This document shows, in pieces, positions 25,468-37,889 of a DNA stretch of 64,000 nucleotides (positions within the stretch are counted from its first letter, which is position 1; each line of letters starts with the position of its first letter). The stretch is from Squalus acanthias (lineage: Eukaryota). The DNA lies in NCBI GenBank assembly GCA_030390025.1, contig CM059432.1:96784001-96848000 (forward strand), given 5' to 3'. A program made the translations under genes and the position numbers. The notes below the pieces were generated by a model. That model did no database searches and was not told where the DNA came from. It worked only from the letters and a program-made list of their open reading frames with translations.

Positions 25468-26150
25468 ATGGCGGACACGAAGGCAGTTTCCGTGAAACTG
25501 CCGGAGTTTTGGGAAAACCAGCCCGAAGCCTGGTTTCACCAAGCTGAATCTTGCTTCCGGCTACGAAACATCACCACAGATGGGACGAAGTACGACTATC
25601 TCGTCACATCACTCGGTAGTGCCACAGTTTCGAAAGTTTGGACAGCGCTGCAGAACCCACCAGAGGAAGGCAAGTACGCACATCTCAAGACAGCGCTCCT
25701 TAAAAATTTACGGCCTCGGCATATCAGTGAAACTGCCACCTTCTCGACCTTCCAGGCCTCGGTGATGCCTCACCGTCAGACCTCCACTCTCACATGCTCT
25801 CCCTCACCGACGAGAGCCCACCCGGATCCTTCTTCCGCACGCTGTTCATCCACCAGCTCCCTCTCAGCATCCGCCCAGCGATCGTGGCATCCGGCCTCAC
25901 GAACCTGGAAGCCCTGGCCGATGAGGCCGACAAGCTGCTGTCCGCTCACTCCAACCGCGACGTCACTCCGGACCTGGCAGCCAATGCCTGGGCGCGCCCC
26001 TCACCGGCCACCACGCGGCCACAAGGGACTGCCACCAGGCCCACAGGGCCTTCGCGCCCCACTAACCCGGGCCACTGTTACTACCACGCACGGTTCGGCG
26101 CCAGGGCACAACGGTGCACACCTCCCTGCTCTTTCAAGTCCGCCCCCGTA
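25468..26150 (+). pseudogene. gag: gag, frameshifted near 25700-25745
   Basis: MADTKAVSVKLPEFWENQPEAWF N-terminus and CYYHARFGARAQRCTPPC (Cx2Hx9Cx3C) at 26076-26129. Confidence 0.85.
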
Positions 26151-26159
26151 CCAACCCCC

Positions 26160-28382
26160 AGGATGACAAAACCGGCCGCCGGTTCCTGTGCGACACTGAG
26201 GCTCAGCACAGCATCATCCCGGCCTCCTCCCTCGACATCCAAAAGGGCGAACGAGGACCGGTGCTGGCTGCTGCTAACGGCTTGGAAATCCGGACGTATG
26301 GCACCCGGACAGTCAACCTCGACCTCGCTGGTTGCCGCTACCGATGGGAGTTCATCACTGCCAAGGTGCTCTCCCCTCTCATCGGCCCAGATTTCCTGTG
26401 CACCCACGGCCTACTTGTAGACATCCCCCGTCACCGCCTCGTGGACATGAACACCATGTACCCAATCCTGGGCGCCATGGCCCCCCGTCAACCAGCCGAC
26501 ATGGTGTCACAGTGCCACGCCCGGGCCACGGATGACTACTCGGCAATCCTGGCCGAATTCCCAGCCCTTACCAATCCGACCTTCTCTGCGGAGGCTGCCA
26601 AACACGGGGTGGAACACTTCATCCCCACCACAGGCCCCCCAGTGTACGCCCACGCCCGCAGGCTGGACCCAACCAAACAGGAGATCGCGCGGACCGAGTT
26701 TGCCACCATGGAACAGCTCGGCATCATCCGCCGCTCCAACAGTCCCTTGGCCTCCCCACTCCACATCGCCCCCAATCCAGGCGGAGGTTGGCGCCCCTGC
26801 GGGGATTACCGCCGCCTCAACGACGCCACCACCCCTGATCGGTACCCCGTGCCACACATTCAGGACTTCTTGGCTAGACTGGCCGGCCGCTCAGGCTTTT
26901 CCAAGGTCGACCTGGTGTGCGGCTATCACCAAGTCCCCATCCACCCTGCGGACGTCCCCAAGACGGCCGTAATCACCCCTTCGGCCTGTTCGAGTTCCTG
27001 CGGATGCCCTTCGGCCTCAAAAACGTGGCCCAGGCATTCCAACGGCTCATGGACTCGGTCCTTCGGGACCTGAAGTTCCTGTTCATCTACCTGGCCGACA
27101 TCCTGGTAGCCAGTTCCTCCAAGCAGGAACACCTCGAACACCTTCGCATCCTGTTCGGGTGCCTCAGCGACCACGGGCTCATCCTCAGCCCAGCCAAATG
27201 CCAGTTCAGCCTGGACAAGATCGACTTCCTCGGCCACCACATCACCCATGCTGGGGCCATTCCCCTGCCCACCAAGGTGCAGGCCGTCCAACAATTTCCC
27301 CGCCCCACCACCATCAAAGGCCTCCAGGAGTTCCTCGGGATGGTGAATTTCTATAACCGCTTCATCCCCAAAGCGGCGTCCCTCATGAGGCCCCTGTATG
27401 AAGCCCTCCGGGCAGGAGCGGCAAGATGGCGGTTGAATGGACGGCAGACGCGTCCGCCGCCTTCGACTCCACCAAGACCGTGCTCGCCAACGCCACCCTG
27501 CTCATGCACCCATGGCCCAATGCCAGGGTAGGGCTCACCACGGACGCCTCCGACCACGCGGTCGGCGCCGTGTATGAGCAGTGGGTCGACGGCGCCTGGC
27601 AACCACTTGCCTTCTTCAGCCGCCAACTACGCCCCCCGGAGGTCAAGTACAGCACCTTCTACCGCGAGCTCCTCGCGCTGTTCCTGGCGGTCCGCCATTT
27701 CCGGTTTTTGCTTGAGGGCCACCCCTTCACTGCGTTTGTCAACCACAAGCCCCTGACATTCGCAATGGCAAAGACAACCGACCCCTGGTCCGCCAGGCAG
27801 CAGCGCCAGCTCGCGGCAGTGTCCGAGTTCACCACGGACATCCAACACGTCTCCGGCCGAGACAATGTGGTAGCCGACTGCCTCTCCCGCCCCGCCATCC
27901 ACGCCGCACACCTAGCAGTCGACTACGCTCAACTCGCAGCAGACCAGATCACCGACCCTGATCTGCTCTCCGCACCCTCCAACCTACCAGGGCTACGCCT
28001 GGCCGACGTCGCCTGTGGCCCGACCGCAGTCACGGTCAAGTGCGACATATCCCTATGTCAACCTCGGCCCGTCGTCCCAGCGTCCTGGCGCCGCCGGGTA
28101 TTCGACATTCTCCACAACCTCTTCCACCCCGGCGCCCGCGCATCCATCAAATTGGTAGCCAACCGCTTCGTCTGGCGCGGCCTTCGCAAGGATGTGCGTA
28201 CTTGGGCCAACTCCTGCCTAGCCTGCCAACGGGCCAAGGTACAGCAACATACGAAAGCACCCCTCGAGGAGTTTACTGTCCCCTCGCGGAGATTCGACTA
28301 CATCCACGTGGACATCGTCGGGCCCCTGCCGCCGTCGCAAGGCCACACGCACTTGCTGACCATCGTTGACCGCACCACACGC
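26160..28382 (+). pseudogene. pol: pol (protease, RT, RNase H, N-terminal integrase), frameshifted and truncated
   Basis: FLCDTEA (DTG mutated), RPCGDYRRLN, YLAD (YxDD mutated), TDASDHAVGA, HHCC zinc finger, HVDIVGP..IVDRTTR. Confidence 0.92.
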
Positions 28383-30788
28383 ATGCTTACCTTCAACGAC
28401 TGGTACAGAAGGACTCCCAGATCTCGTTGCACTTCCCATTCTCCCAATCTATTGCCGTTCAGATAATAATCTGCCTTTCTGTTTTTGCCACCAAAGTGGA
28501 TAACCTCGCATTTATCCACATTATACTGCATCTGCCATGCTTCTGCCCAATCACCCAACCTGTCCAAATCATACTGGAGTTTCTCGGCATCCTCCTCGCA
28601 GCGCACACGCCCACCCAGCTTTGTGTTATCTGCAAACTTGGAGATATTACATCTAGTTCCCTCGTCTAGATCATTAATATATATAGTGAATAGCTGGGGT
28701 CCTAGGACCGATCCCTGCGGAACCCCACTAGTCACTGCCTGCCACTCAGAAAAAGACCCGTTTATTCCAACTCTTTGTTTCCTGTCTGCCAACCAGTTCT
28801 CTATCCAAGTCAGTATCTTGCCCCCAATCCCATGTGCTTTAACTTTACACGCTAATCTCTTATGCGGGACCTTATCGAAAGCCTTCTGAAAGTCCAAATA
28901 CACCACATCCACTGGTTCTCCCTTATCTATTCTACCAGTTACATCCTCAAAAAATTCCAGTAGATTAGTCAAGCACGATTTACCTTTTGTAAATCCATGT
29001 TTACTTTGTCCAATCCTGTCATTGTTTTCAAAGTGCTCTGCTATTACATCTTTTATAATGGACTCTAGCAATTTCCCCACAACTGATGTCAGGCTTACTG
29101 GTCCCCGTTCCCCGTTTTTTCTTTACCACCTTTTTTGAACAGTGGGGTAACATTAGCTACCCTCCAATCCATGGGAACTGTTCCAGAGTCTATAGAATTT
29201 TGGAAGATGACCAGCAATGCATCTACTATTTCTCGGGCCACTTCCTTAAGTACCCTAGGATGTAGATTATCAGGCCCTGGGGATTTATCGGCCTTTAATG
29301 CCGTCAATTTCCCTAACACCATTTCCCTACAAATACTGATTTCATTCAATTCCTCCCTCTCATTAGACCCTATGTTCCCCGACATCTCTGGGAGGTTATT
29401 TGTGTTCTCTTTTGTGAAGACAGAGCCAAAGTATGTATTTAATTGGTCTGCCATTTCTTTGTTCCCCATTATAAATTCCCCTGATTCTGACTGCAAGGGA
29501 CCTACGCTTGACTTCACCAATCTTTTTCTCTTCACATATTTCTAAAAGCTTTTACAGTCAGTTTTTATGTTCCCTGCAAGCTTACGCTCGTACTCTATTT
29601 TCACCCTCTTAATTAATCCCTTTGTCGTCCTTTGTTGAATCCTAAACTGCTCCCAATCCTCAGGTTTACTGCTTTTTCTGGCCAATTTATATGTCCTCTC
29701 CTTGGATCTTATGCTATCCCTGATTTCCCTTGTCAGCCATGGTTGAGTCACCATTTTTGTTTTATTTTTATGCCAGACAGGGATGAACAAATTCTGTGGT
29801 TCATCCGTGCGATCTTTGAATTTTTGCCATTGCCTATCCACCGTCAACCCTTTGAGTAACATTCCCCAATCTATCCTACCCAACTCGCGCCTCATACCAT
29901 CGTAGTTTCCTTTATTTAAATTCAGGACCTAGTCTCTGAGTCAACTATTTCATTTTCCATCTTAATGAAGAATTCGATCATATTATGATCGCTCCGCCCC
30001 AAGGGGCCTCGCACAATAAGATTGCTAATTAATCCTTTCTCGTTACATAATACCCAGTCTAAGATAGCCTGGTCTCTAGTTGGTTCCTCGACATATTGGT
30101 CCAGGAAACCATCCCGTAGAGACTCCAGGAATTCCTCCTCCACAGTATTGTTACTAATTTGGTTAGCCCAATCTATATGTAGATTAAAGTCACCCATGAT
30201 AACTGCTGTGCCCTTATTGCACGCGTCTCTAATTTCCCATTTAATGCCATCCCCAACCTCTGCATTACTGTTTGGGGGTCTGTATACCACTCCCACTAAC
30301 GTTTTCTGCCCCTTGGTATTTCTCAGTTCTACCCATATGGATTCCACATCATCAGAGCTAATATCCTTCCTTACAATTGTGTTAATCCCCTCTTTAACCA
30401 GCAATGCTACCCCACCTCCTTTTCCCTTTTGCCTGTCTTTCCTGAATATTGAATACCCCTGGATGTTGAATTCCCAGCCTTGGTCACCCTGGAGCCATGT
30501 CTCCGTAATCCCAATCATATCATATCCGTTTACCTCTATTAGCACAGCTAATTCATCCACCTTATTACGAATGCTCCTCGCATTAAGACATAAAGCCTTC
30601 AGGCTTGTTTTTTTAACACTCTTAGACCTTTCAGAATTATTATTTACTGTGGCCATGTTTGATTTAAAACCTTGATTTCTCTGAATGTCACCTTTGCTTT
30701 TCTCCTTCCTGTCTTTTGCTTCTATCATTGTTTCCCTTTCCTCTGTCTCCCTGCTCAGGTTCCCAACCCCCTGCCATTTTAGTTTAAA
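28381..30788 (-). pseudogene. CR1 ORF2 (APE endonuclease and reverse transcriptase), several frameshifts
   Basis: [53 protein letters not shown]. Confidence 0.95.
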
Positions 30789-31732
30789 CCCTCCCCCAGA
30801 GCACTAGCAAACACTCCCCCTAGGACATCGGTCCCGCCCCTGCCCAGGTGCAAACTGTCCAGTTTGTACTGGTCCCACCTCCCCCAGAACCGGTTCCAAT
30901 GTCCCAGGAATCTGAATCCCTCCCCCCTTGCACCATTCCTCTCGCCATGTATTCATTTGAAATAGCCTTCTATTTCTACTCTGACTACCACGTGGCACTG
31001 GTAGCAATCCTGAGATTACTACCTTTTGAGGTCCTATTTTTAAATTTACCCCCTAACTCCCTATATTCTGCTTTTAGGACCTCAACCCGTTTTTTACCTA
31101 TATCGTTGGTACCTATATGCACCACTACAACTGGCAGTTCACTCTCCCCCTCCAAAATGCTCTGTAGCCGCTCCGAGACATCCTTGACCCTTGCACCAGG
31201 GTGGCACCATACCATTCTGGAGTCTCGTTTGCGGCTGCAGAAACGCCTATCTATTCCCCTTACAATAGAATCCCCTATCACTATAGCTCTCCCACTCTTT
31301 TTCCTCCCATCCTGTGCAGCAGAACCACCCACGGTGCCAGGAAGTTGGCTGCTGCTGTCTTCCCCTGATAAGCCATCTCCCTCAACAACATCCAAAGCAG
31401 TATATCTGTTTGAGAGGGGGTTGGCCACAGGGGACCCCTGCAGCTACCTTCCTGCACCTCCTACTCTGCCTGGTGGTCACCCATTCCCTTCCTGCCTGTA
31501 CAGCCTTTACATGCGGTGTGACCAACTCCCGAAATGTGCTATCCTCTATGTCCTCAGCATCGCGAATGCTCCAGTATGCATCCATCCGCAGCTCCAGTGC
31601 CGCAATGCAGTCTGTCAGTAGCTGCAGCTGAATACACTTCCCGCACACACGGTCAACAGGGACACAGGAAGTGTCCCTGATTTCTCACATAGTGCAGGAG
31701 GAGCACACCATGGGGCCGGGCTGTCCTGCCAT
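30779..31732 (-). pseudogene. CR1 ORF1 (zinc finger, leucine zipper, SGNH esterase)
   Basis: MAGQPGPMVCSSC..CGKC, VIGDS, HIGTND, DSLHL, ending GEGLN*. Confidence 0.9.
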
Positions 31733-31989
31733 GACTTACCCAAAAAATAATTAATTAATTCAAATTAAATTAAATGAATCCCACCAATTACACGGCAATT
31801 AAATGATATACTCAAGGGCCCTTGCTTAACAGTAGTCCCCGCTACACAACAGAGACCGTAGAAACCACAAAATTTACATTTAGAAAAATTGAGAAAGAAA
31901 TACTCACCAACCAATCACTTATCTGCTTTTTGTTTACATCACTCTTTGATTACTTATTGCTTCCCTCTCCCGGAACCTGGATTGGTAAG

Positions 31990-32245
31990 CCTACCTGCCT
32001 CGGGCTCGCCTTTTGTACCGCCGCCGCCTCACCGCTCCCTCGCAGGTCTGCTCGCCGACGCTGCTGCCGCTGCTCTGAGACCTACCTGCCTCGGGCTCGC
32101 CTTTTGTATCGCCGCCGCCTCGCTGCTCCCTCGCAGGTTCGCTCGCCGACACTGCCGCCGATGCTCTGGGGCCCACCTGCCTCGGGCTCGCCTTTTGTAC
32201 TGCCGCCGCCTCGCCACTCCCTCGCAGGTCCGCTTGCCGCCACTG
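31990..32245 (-). repeat. 91-bp CpG-rich tandem monomers, about 2.8 copies
   Basis: CC(T/C)ACCTGCCTCGGGCTCGCCTTTTGTA recurs at 31990, 32081 and 32172. Confidence 0.9.
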
Positions 32246-32307
32246 CTTCTCGCCCATTGCTCTCCCCTCAGTCAGTGCCCGATGGCCAAGTCTGCTGCTG
32301 CACAGGC

Positions 32308-33725
32308 TTTTTTATCCATTTATGGGATGTGGGCGTTGCTGGTAAGCCCAGCATTTATTGCCCATCCCTAATTGCCCGTGAGAAGGTGGTGGTGAGCCAC
32401 CTTCTTGCACTGCTGCAGTCCTTGTAAAGGTACTCCCACAGTGCTGTTAGGGAGGGAGTTCCAGGATTTTGACCCAGCGACGATGAAGGATCGGCGACAT
32501 ATTTCCAAGTCAGGATGGTGTGTGACTTGGAGGGGTACTTGGAGGTGGTGGTGTTCCCATGTGCCTGCTGCCCTTGTCCATCTAGGTGGAAGAGGTCACG
32601 GGTTTGGAAGGTGCAGTCAAAGAAGCCTTGGTGAGTTGCTGCAGTGCATCTTGTAGATGGTACACACTGCAGCCACGGTACGCCGGTGGTGGAGGGAGTG
32701 AATGTTTAAGGTGGTGGATGGGGTGCCAATCAAGCGGGCTGCTTTGTCCTGGATAGTGTCAAGCTTCTTGTGTTGTAGAGCTGCACTCATCCAGGCAAGT
32801 GGAGGGTATTCCATCACACTCCTTACTTGTGCCTTGTAGATGGTGGAAAGGCTTTGGGGAGTCAGGAGGTGAGACACTCGCTGCAGAATACCTAGCCTCT
32901 GACCTGCTCTTGTTGCCACAGTATTTATGTGTCTGGTCCAGTTAAGTTTCTGGTCAATGGTGACCCCCAGGATGTTGATGGTGGGGGATTTGGCGATGGT
33001 AATGCTGTTGAACATCAAGGGGAGGTGGTTAGACTCTCACTTGTTGGAGATAATCATTGCCTGGCACTTGTGTGGCACGAATGTTACCTGCCACTTATCA
33101 GCCCAAGCCTGAACATCGTCCCGGTCTTGTTGCATGCGGGCATGGACTGCTTCATTATCTGAGGAGTTGTGAATGGCGCTGAACACTGTGCAGTCATCAG
33201 CGAACATCCCCATTTCTGACCTTATGTTGGAGGGAAGGTCATTGATGAAGCAGCTGAAGATGGTTGGGCCTGGGACACTGCCCTGAGGAACTCCTGCAGT
33301 GATGTCCTGGGGCTGTGATGATTGACCTTCAACCACCACAACCATCTTCCTTTGTGCTAGGTATGACTCCAGCCAGTGGAGCGTTTTCCCCCTGATTCCC
33401 ATTGACTTCAGTTTTACTAGGGCTCCTTCATGCCACTCTCGGTCAAATGCTGTCTTGATGTCAAGGGCAGTCACTCTCTCCTCACTTCTGGAATTCAGCT
33501 CCTTTCTCCATGTTTGGACCAAGGCTGTAATGAGGTCGGGAGCCGAGTGGTCTTGGCGGAACCCAAACTGGGCATTAGCGAGCAGGTTATTGGTGAGTAA
33601 GTGCCGCTTGATAACACCTTCCATCACTTTGCTGATGATTGTGAGTAGACTGATGGGGCGGTAATTGGCTGGGTTGGATTTGTCCTGCTTTTTGTGGACA
33701 GGAAATACCTGGGCAGTTTTCCTCA
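32308..33725 (-). mobile_element. LINE family B, 5'-truncated
   Basis: NYRPISLL, QFGFR, FADD and the same 3' tail as 8732-9940. Confidence 0.9.
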
Positions 33726-33729
33726 TTGT

Positions 33730-35670
33730 TGGCTAGGTGTAGAAGTCTTTGGCGGGGTCCTCATGGGCTCCAAAACTCAGGATGTTGGCCAAGAACATCT
33801 CGGCAGTCAAAGCAGGAATGTGAACACCGTGTCTCTACCTCTGCTGAAGCCACAGGGTTTGCATGACATAGGAGTAGCTGAAAAGGGAAGGGCAAAGATT
33901 TGTAGTTGCACAAGGGTATGCACACGGGTGTGTTACTCAATGTTAGAATGTTAAGTTTCTGTTAAAATTTTGAGCAGCATAAAAATTATTTCTTTGCACC
34001 ACTTTTCCGTCTTGCCCATTTTTGCCTGCTGCCTTGCAAGCGGCCTTCTCACTTGTAATGAATGGTAAGCCAAGACTTATATCCGAGCAATAGGCCTGTG
34101 AAAGGGATGCTTTGTTGATTGCAGAACTTCTTCGTGTTGGGGAGGGGGCAAGTGGGTTAAGCATGTGGCTGCCAGATTGGTGCACTGGTGCAACCTAATT
34201 AATCTTGCCACGATGAGACCATTTCCGGCATCCTGGGCAGCAATGTGCACCGCTGCTGGTGCCATGGCTCCTCTTCCTCCTCTGAAGAGCTGCTGTGTTC
34301 TGCACCTTGCTGCTCCTGCAATGCCAATCCTCGCTGCTGTGCCTTGTTGTGCAGAGGGCAACACACCATGATCATTCTGGAGACCCAGGCTGGTGCATAT
34401 TGAAGAGCACCTCCAGATCAGTCGAGGCACCTGAAGCACATCTTCAGCATCCCGATTGTTTGCTCAATAACACATCTCATCGTCCTGTGGTTTGATTGTA
34501 GCACTCTTGGGCCTCATTGCTTGAGCTCCTCTCCAGCCACATCTTCAGTGGATAGCCCTTGACTCCAAGCAGCCAGCCGGTAATCTGTTTGGAGGTGCGA
34601 AAAGTTCAGGGAGGGTGGACTGGCGCAGGGCGAATGCATCATGGCAGCTTCCTGGGATTCTTGCACACACCTGCATAATCTTTTTGTGGTTGCAGATGAG
34701 CTGCACGGTAATGGAGTGGAAGCCCTTACGATTCACGGACACTCCTGGATGATCTGGGGTGCCTTGATTGCCACATGTGTGTAGTTGATGATGCCTTGCA
34801 CCTGTGAGAAGCCAGCCACAGCTGCAAACCCAAGTGCCTGCTCATTCTGTGTGGCTTCATCAGTGGCAAAGTCTACATAATTGCCTGCCCTGGCAAACAT
34901 GGTATCGGTCACCTATGTGATGCATTTATGGGCGGCCGACTGTGAAATCCTGCAAATGTCTTCTGCTGATCCCTGGAAGGAGCCTGAAACAAAGAAGTTG
35001 AGGGCGGTGGCGACTTTGACAGCCATTGGTAAAGCGTGGCCACCAGATCCACTTGGCAGCAGGTCTTGTTCCAGCAGGCTGCAAATGACTGCCATGACCT
35101 GATGCGATACCTGGAGCCTTTTGAGGCACTGGTGTTCGGACATGTCCAGGAAGCTGATCTTCTGCCTATATACCCTGTGTTGCAGATATCGCCTCTTGCG
35201 AGCTGCACCCCTGTGCTCATCCCCTCTCTCCTGTGGAGCGACACATCTGTGAGGAGAAGGCTGCTGCTTCTCCTGCTGGTGTTATTGCTGCTGTTGTTCA
35301 CCTTGGTCCTCATCTGAGCTCCAAGGTAAAATAGCATAAGCAGCACCGATGCTGATCTGATATATGACAGATGGAAAGTGGAGATCAGATGCACACTCCT
35401 CCAAAGTAGAGAAAGTGACGTCCAAGCTCCAATGTAGTAGAAATCACCTGCAAAGTAGTTGAAATCACCTGCAAAGTACTGAAAGCAAATTCAGAACAAA
35501 TACTGTGAGCAAAAGCCTCTCACTTAGTCAAGGAAGCAGGTGTGAGGTCTCAGTACTTATGGGATTGTTTTGCCTGCTGGGGGGAGAGGAGGTCCTGGTC
35601 TGGCCTGGCAAGCTTCAACTGGTATTTCCAACCCCTTTGGCTGGCGAGTGTTCCCATTTTAGCCCCCGTC
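33730..35670. mobile_element. Decayed Harbinger: Myb gene 3' end (+, about 33730-33905) and transposase (-, about 34080-35330)
   Basis: SEHQCLKRL..ALNFFVSGSFQ and [22 protein letters not shown]. The Myb tail ..RSS*KGKGK resembles RRSTRTGKG. Confidence 0.85.
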
Positions 35671-37264
35671 TTTGCATCAGGACTCCATGCTAAATAGTTC
35701 CACCATTGCTTATTCTATGAACATTTTAAATTCTTTTAACTCTTGCATTAACATAGAAGTGGCAATATAACTTGGGAAACAGAATGGCTTTGAGTTTGCA
35801 TCGGGTGCAGCATAACTATAGCCTGTGCAAAGACTTTTTTTTAAAGTAACCACAACTTGGACATTTTCTAAAGTTATATCTGAATGTTTTTAACATTAGG
35901 AGAAATGGATGTTGTCACCTGCCCCCCACCGAGCTCGAGCTATGTCAGATTCATGCCACTAAATTACTGTTCGGTTCAATTGGTATCTTATTTGGTAGGA
36001 ACGAGACTCAAGTTGACTCTCCCTTCTGATTTTCGTCCCTCAGAGTAAGTCACTTTTCTCCTTTTTTGGAGCTTTTCCAGGTAACTCCTTCTGAATTCTG
36101 TAACTTTAGCACTTATTTTAACCAAAGTTGCCTGCAAAAACGAAGTGGGTTCAAGTCAGATGCCCGTTTTACACCCCGTTTGATTTCATAGAATCATAGA
36201 ATGATACAGCACAGAATGGGGCAATTGGCCCATCATGCATATGCCAGCTCTTTGAAACAGCTATCCAATTAAGCCCATTCCCCTGCCCTTTCCACATAAC
36301 CCTTCAATGTTTACCCCTTCAAGTATTTATCTAATTCCCTTTTTGAAAGTTGTTATTGAATCTGATTCCACCACTCTTTCAAGCAGTGCATTCCAGATCA
36401 CAACAAATCACTGCGTAAAAAAAATTCTCTTAATCTCACCTCTGGTTCTTTTGCCAATTACCTTCACTCTATGTCCTCTGGTAATTGACCCTTCTGCCAC
36501 TGGAAACAGTTTCTCCTTATTTACTCTATCAAAACCCTTCATAATTTTGAAATCTCTGCTCTAGGAGATCAACCCAGCTTCACTAGTCTCTTCACATAAC
36601 TGAAATCCCACATCTCTGGTATTATTCTAGTAAATCTCCTCTGCACCCTCTCAAAGGCCTTGACATCCTTCCTAAAGTCAGGTGCCCAGAATTAGATAAT
36701 ACTCCAGCTGGGGCCTAACCAGTGATCTATAAAGGTTTAGCATAACTTCCTTGCTTTTATACACTAGGGCAAAAAATTCAGTACCTTAGCACATCCTAAG
36801 CACCAGCAGATACACTAATGGGATGCGAGAGCAGTATCGTCGGGGCAAGGCGAATCCAACGCCGCACGCCAAATCCCGCCCCCCCCCGCAGCAGCGCTGT
36901 TAACAGTTATCGCCAGGAGCCTCAACGCCAGGAGGATGGTGATGTCAGTGAGTGTGCAACGCTCACTGGCTGCCCGATCTGCAAAATTGATTGTAGCCAC
37001 CTACCTTCGTGCCTGGAAGAAACAGCAACAGAGAGAGCTGGTGTGAAGCAACAGAAAGCTGGCTCCAAGGATGCTATTTAAAGGGATCATCAGTAATGAG
37101 TCGCAACTGTAGGTTAGTGGAGTTTCAGTGCTTTCTTGTCAGTTTCACATAGTGCAACAGTGTCATTCCGTCACTTCAAAGTTATTTAGTATCAGGAGTG
37201 TTGTGGCAACTAAAGTAGGTACATTTATTCATAAAAAATCAAATTGCTACACTTGGTTACATTA

Positions 37265-37884
37265 ATGGGGGCTGTACTGGCAGTCGACCCCACCCTCCAG
37301 GATCTATGGTGGAGGGAGCGAGAAAGACTGGAACATGTGGCCAGAGGGAGGAGGAGGGCCATGAGGGCTCTCAACAGGAGGACTTGCCCTCCCAAGGTAT
37401 TCAGAGAGTACTTCTCCTACCACCAATTAAGCGAGGAGCAGTGTATTAGAAGGCTCTGCTTCACCAAGGAGGTGGTCACAGAACTTTGCCACCTCCTGCA
37501 ACCAGATCTACAGCCTCAGATCATGGCGACAACGGCTCTCTCCATGGCAGTCAAGGTCGCCGTTGCCCTCAATTTCTTCACCAGCGGATCCTTCCAGTCT
37601 GCAATAGGAGACATAGCTAACTTCTCGCAGTTCGTCATCCATTGCTGCATCCGGGAGGTCACAGAGACTCTCTACAGTAGGAGAAGGGATTACATTTCCT
37701 TCCCCATCACCAGAGAGAAGCAGGACGAGCGTGCATGTGGCTTTGCCAGGATAGCGGGATTCCCCATGGTGCAGGGCGCCATTGACTGCACCCACATAGC
37801 TTTGCGGACACCTCATAACAATCCTGAGATCTTCCGTAACCACAAAGGCTACCACTCACTTAATGTGCAGTTGGTGTGCGACCT
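37265..37884 (+). pseudogene. HARBI1-like transposase, open N-terminal half, 3'-deleted
   Basis: LSEEQCIRRLCFTK..GSFQ..QGAIDCTH..NHKGYHSLNVQLVCD. Confidence 0.92.
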
Positions 37885-37889
37885 CTCAT

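Larger units (their letters stand above)
25227..28382 (+). mobile_element. Gypsy/Ty3 LTR retrotransposon with CsRn1-clade hallmarks, 3'-truncated
   Basis: 5' LTR, tRNA-Trp PBS, Gag with CHCC knuckle, domain order PR-RT-RH-IN. Confidence 0.92.
28381..32300 (-). mobile_element. CR1 LINE, 5'-complete and 3'-deleted
   Basis: 5' monomer array, AT-rich leader, ORF1 and ORF2 (APE endonuclease plus RT). Confidence 0.95.

Noticed and set aside
30022..31621. Long + strand ORFs (217 and 257 aa)
   Set aside because: These are antisense shadows of CR1 ORF1 and ORF2.
37265..37884. Domesticated host HARBI1 gene
   Set aside because: It is truncated, lies inside a transposon nested in CR1, and has several decayed paralogues nearby.
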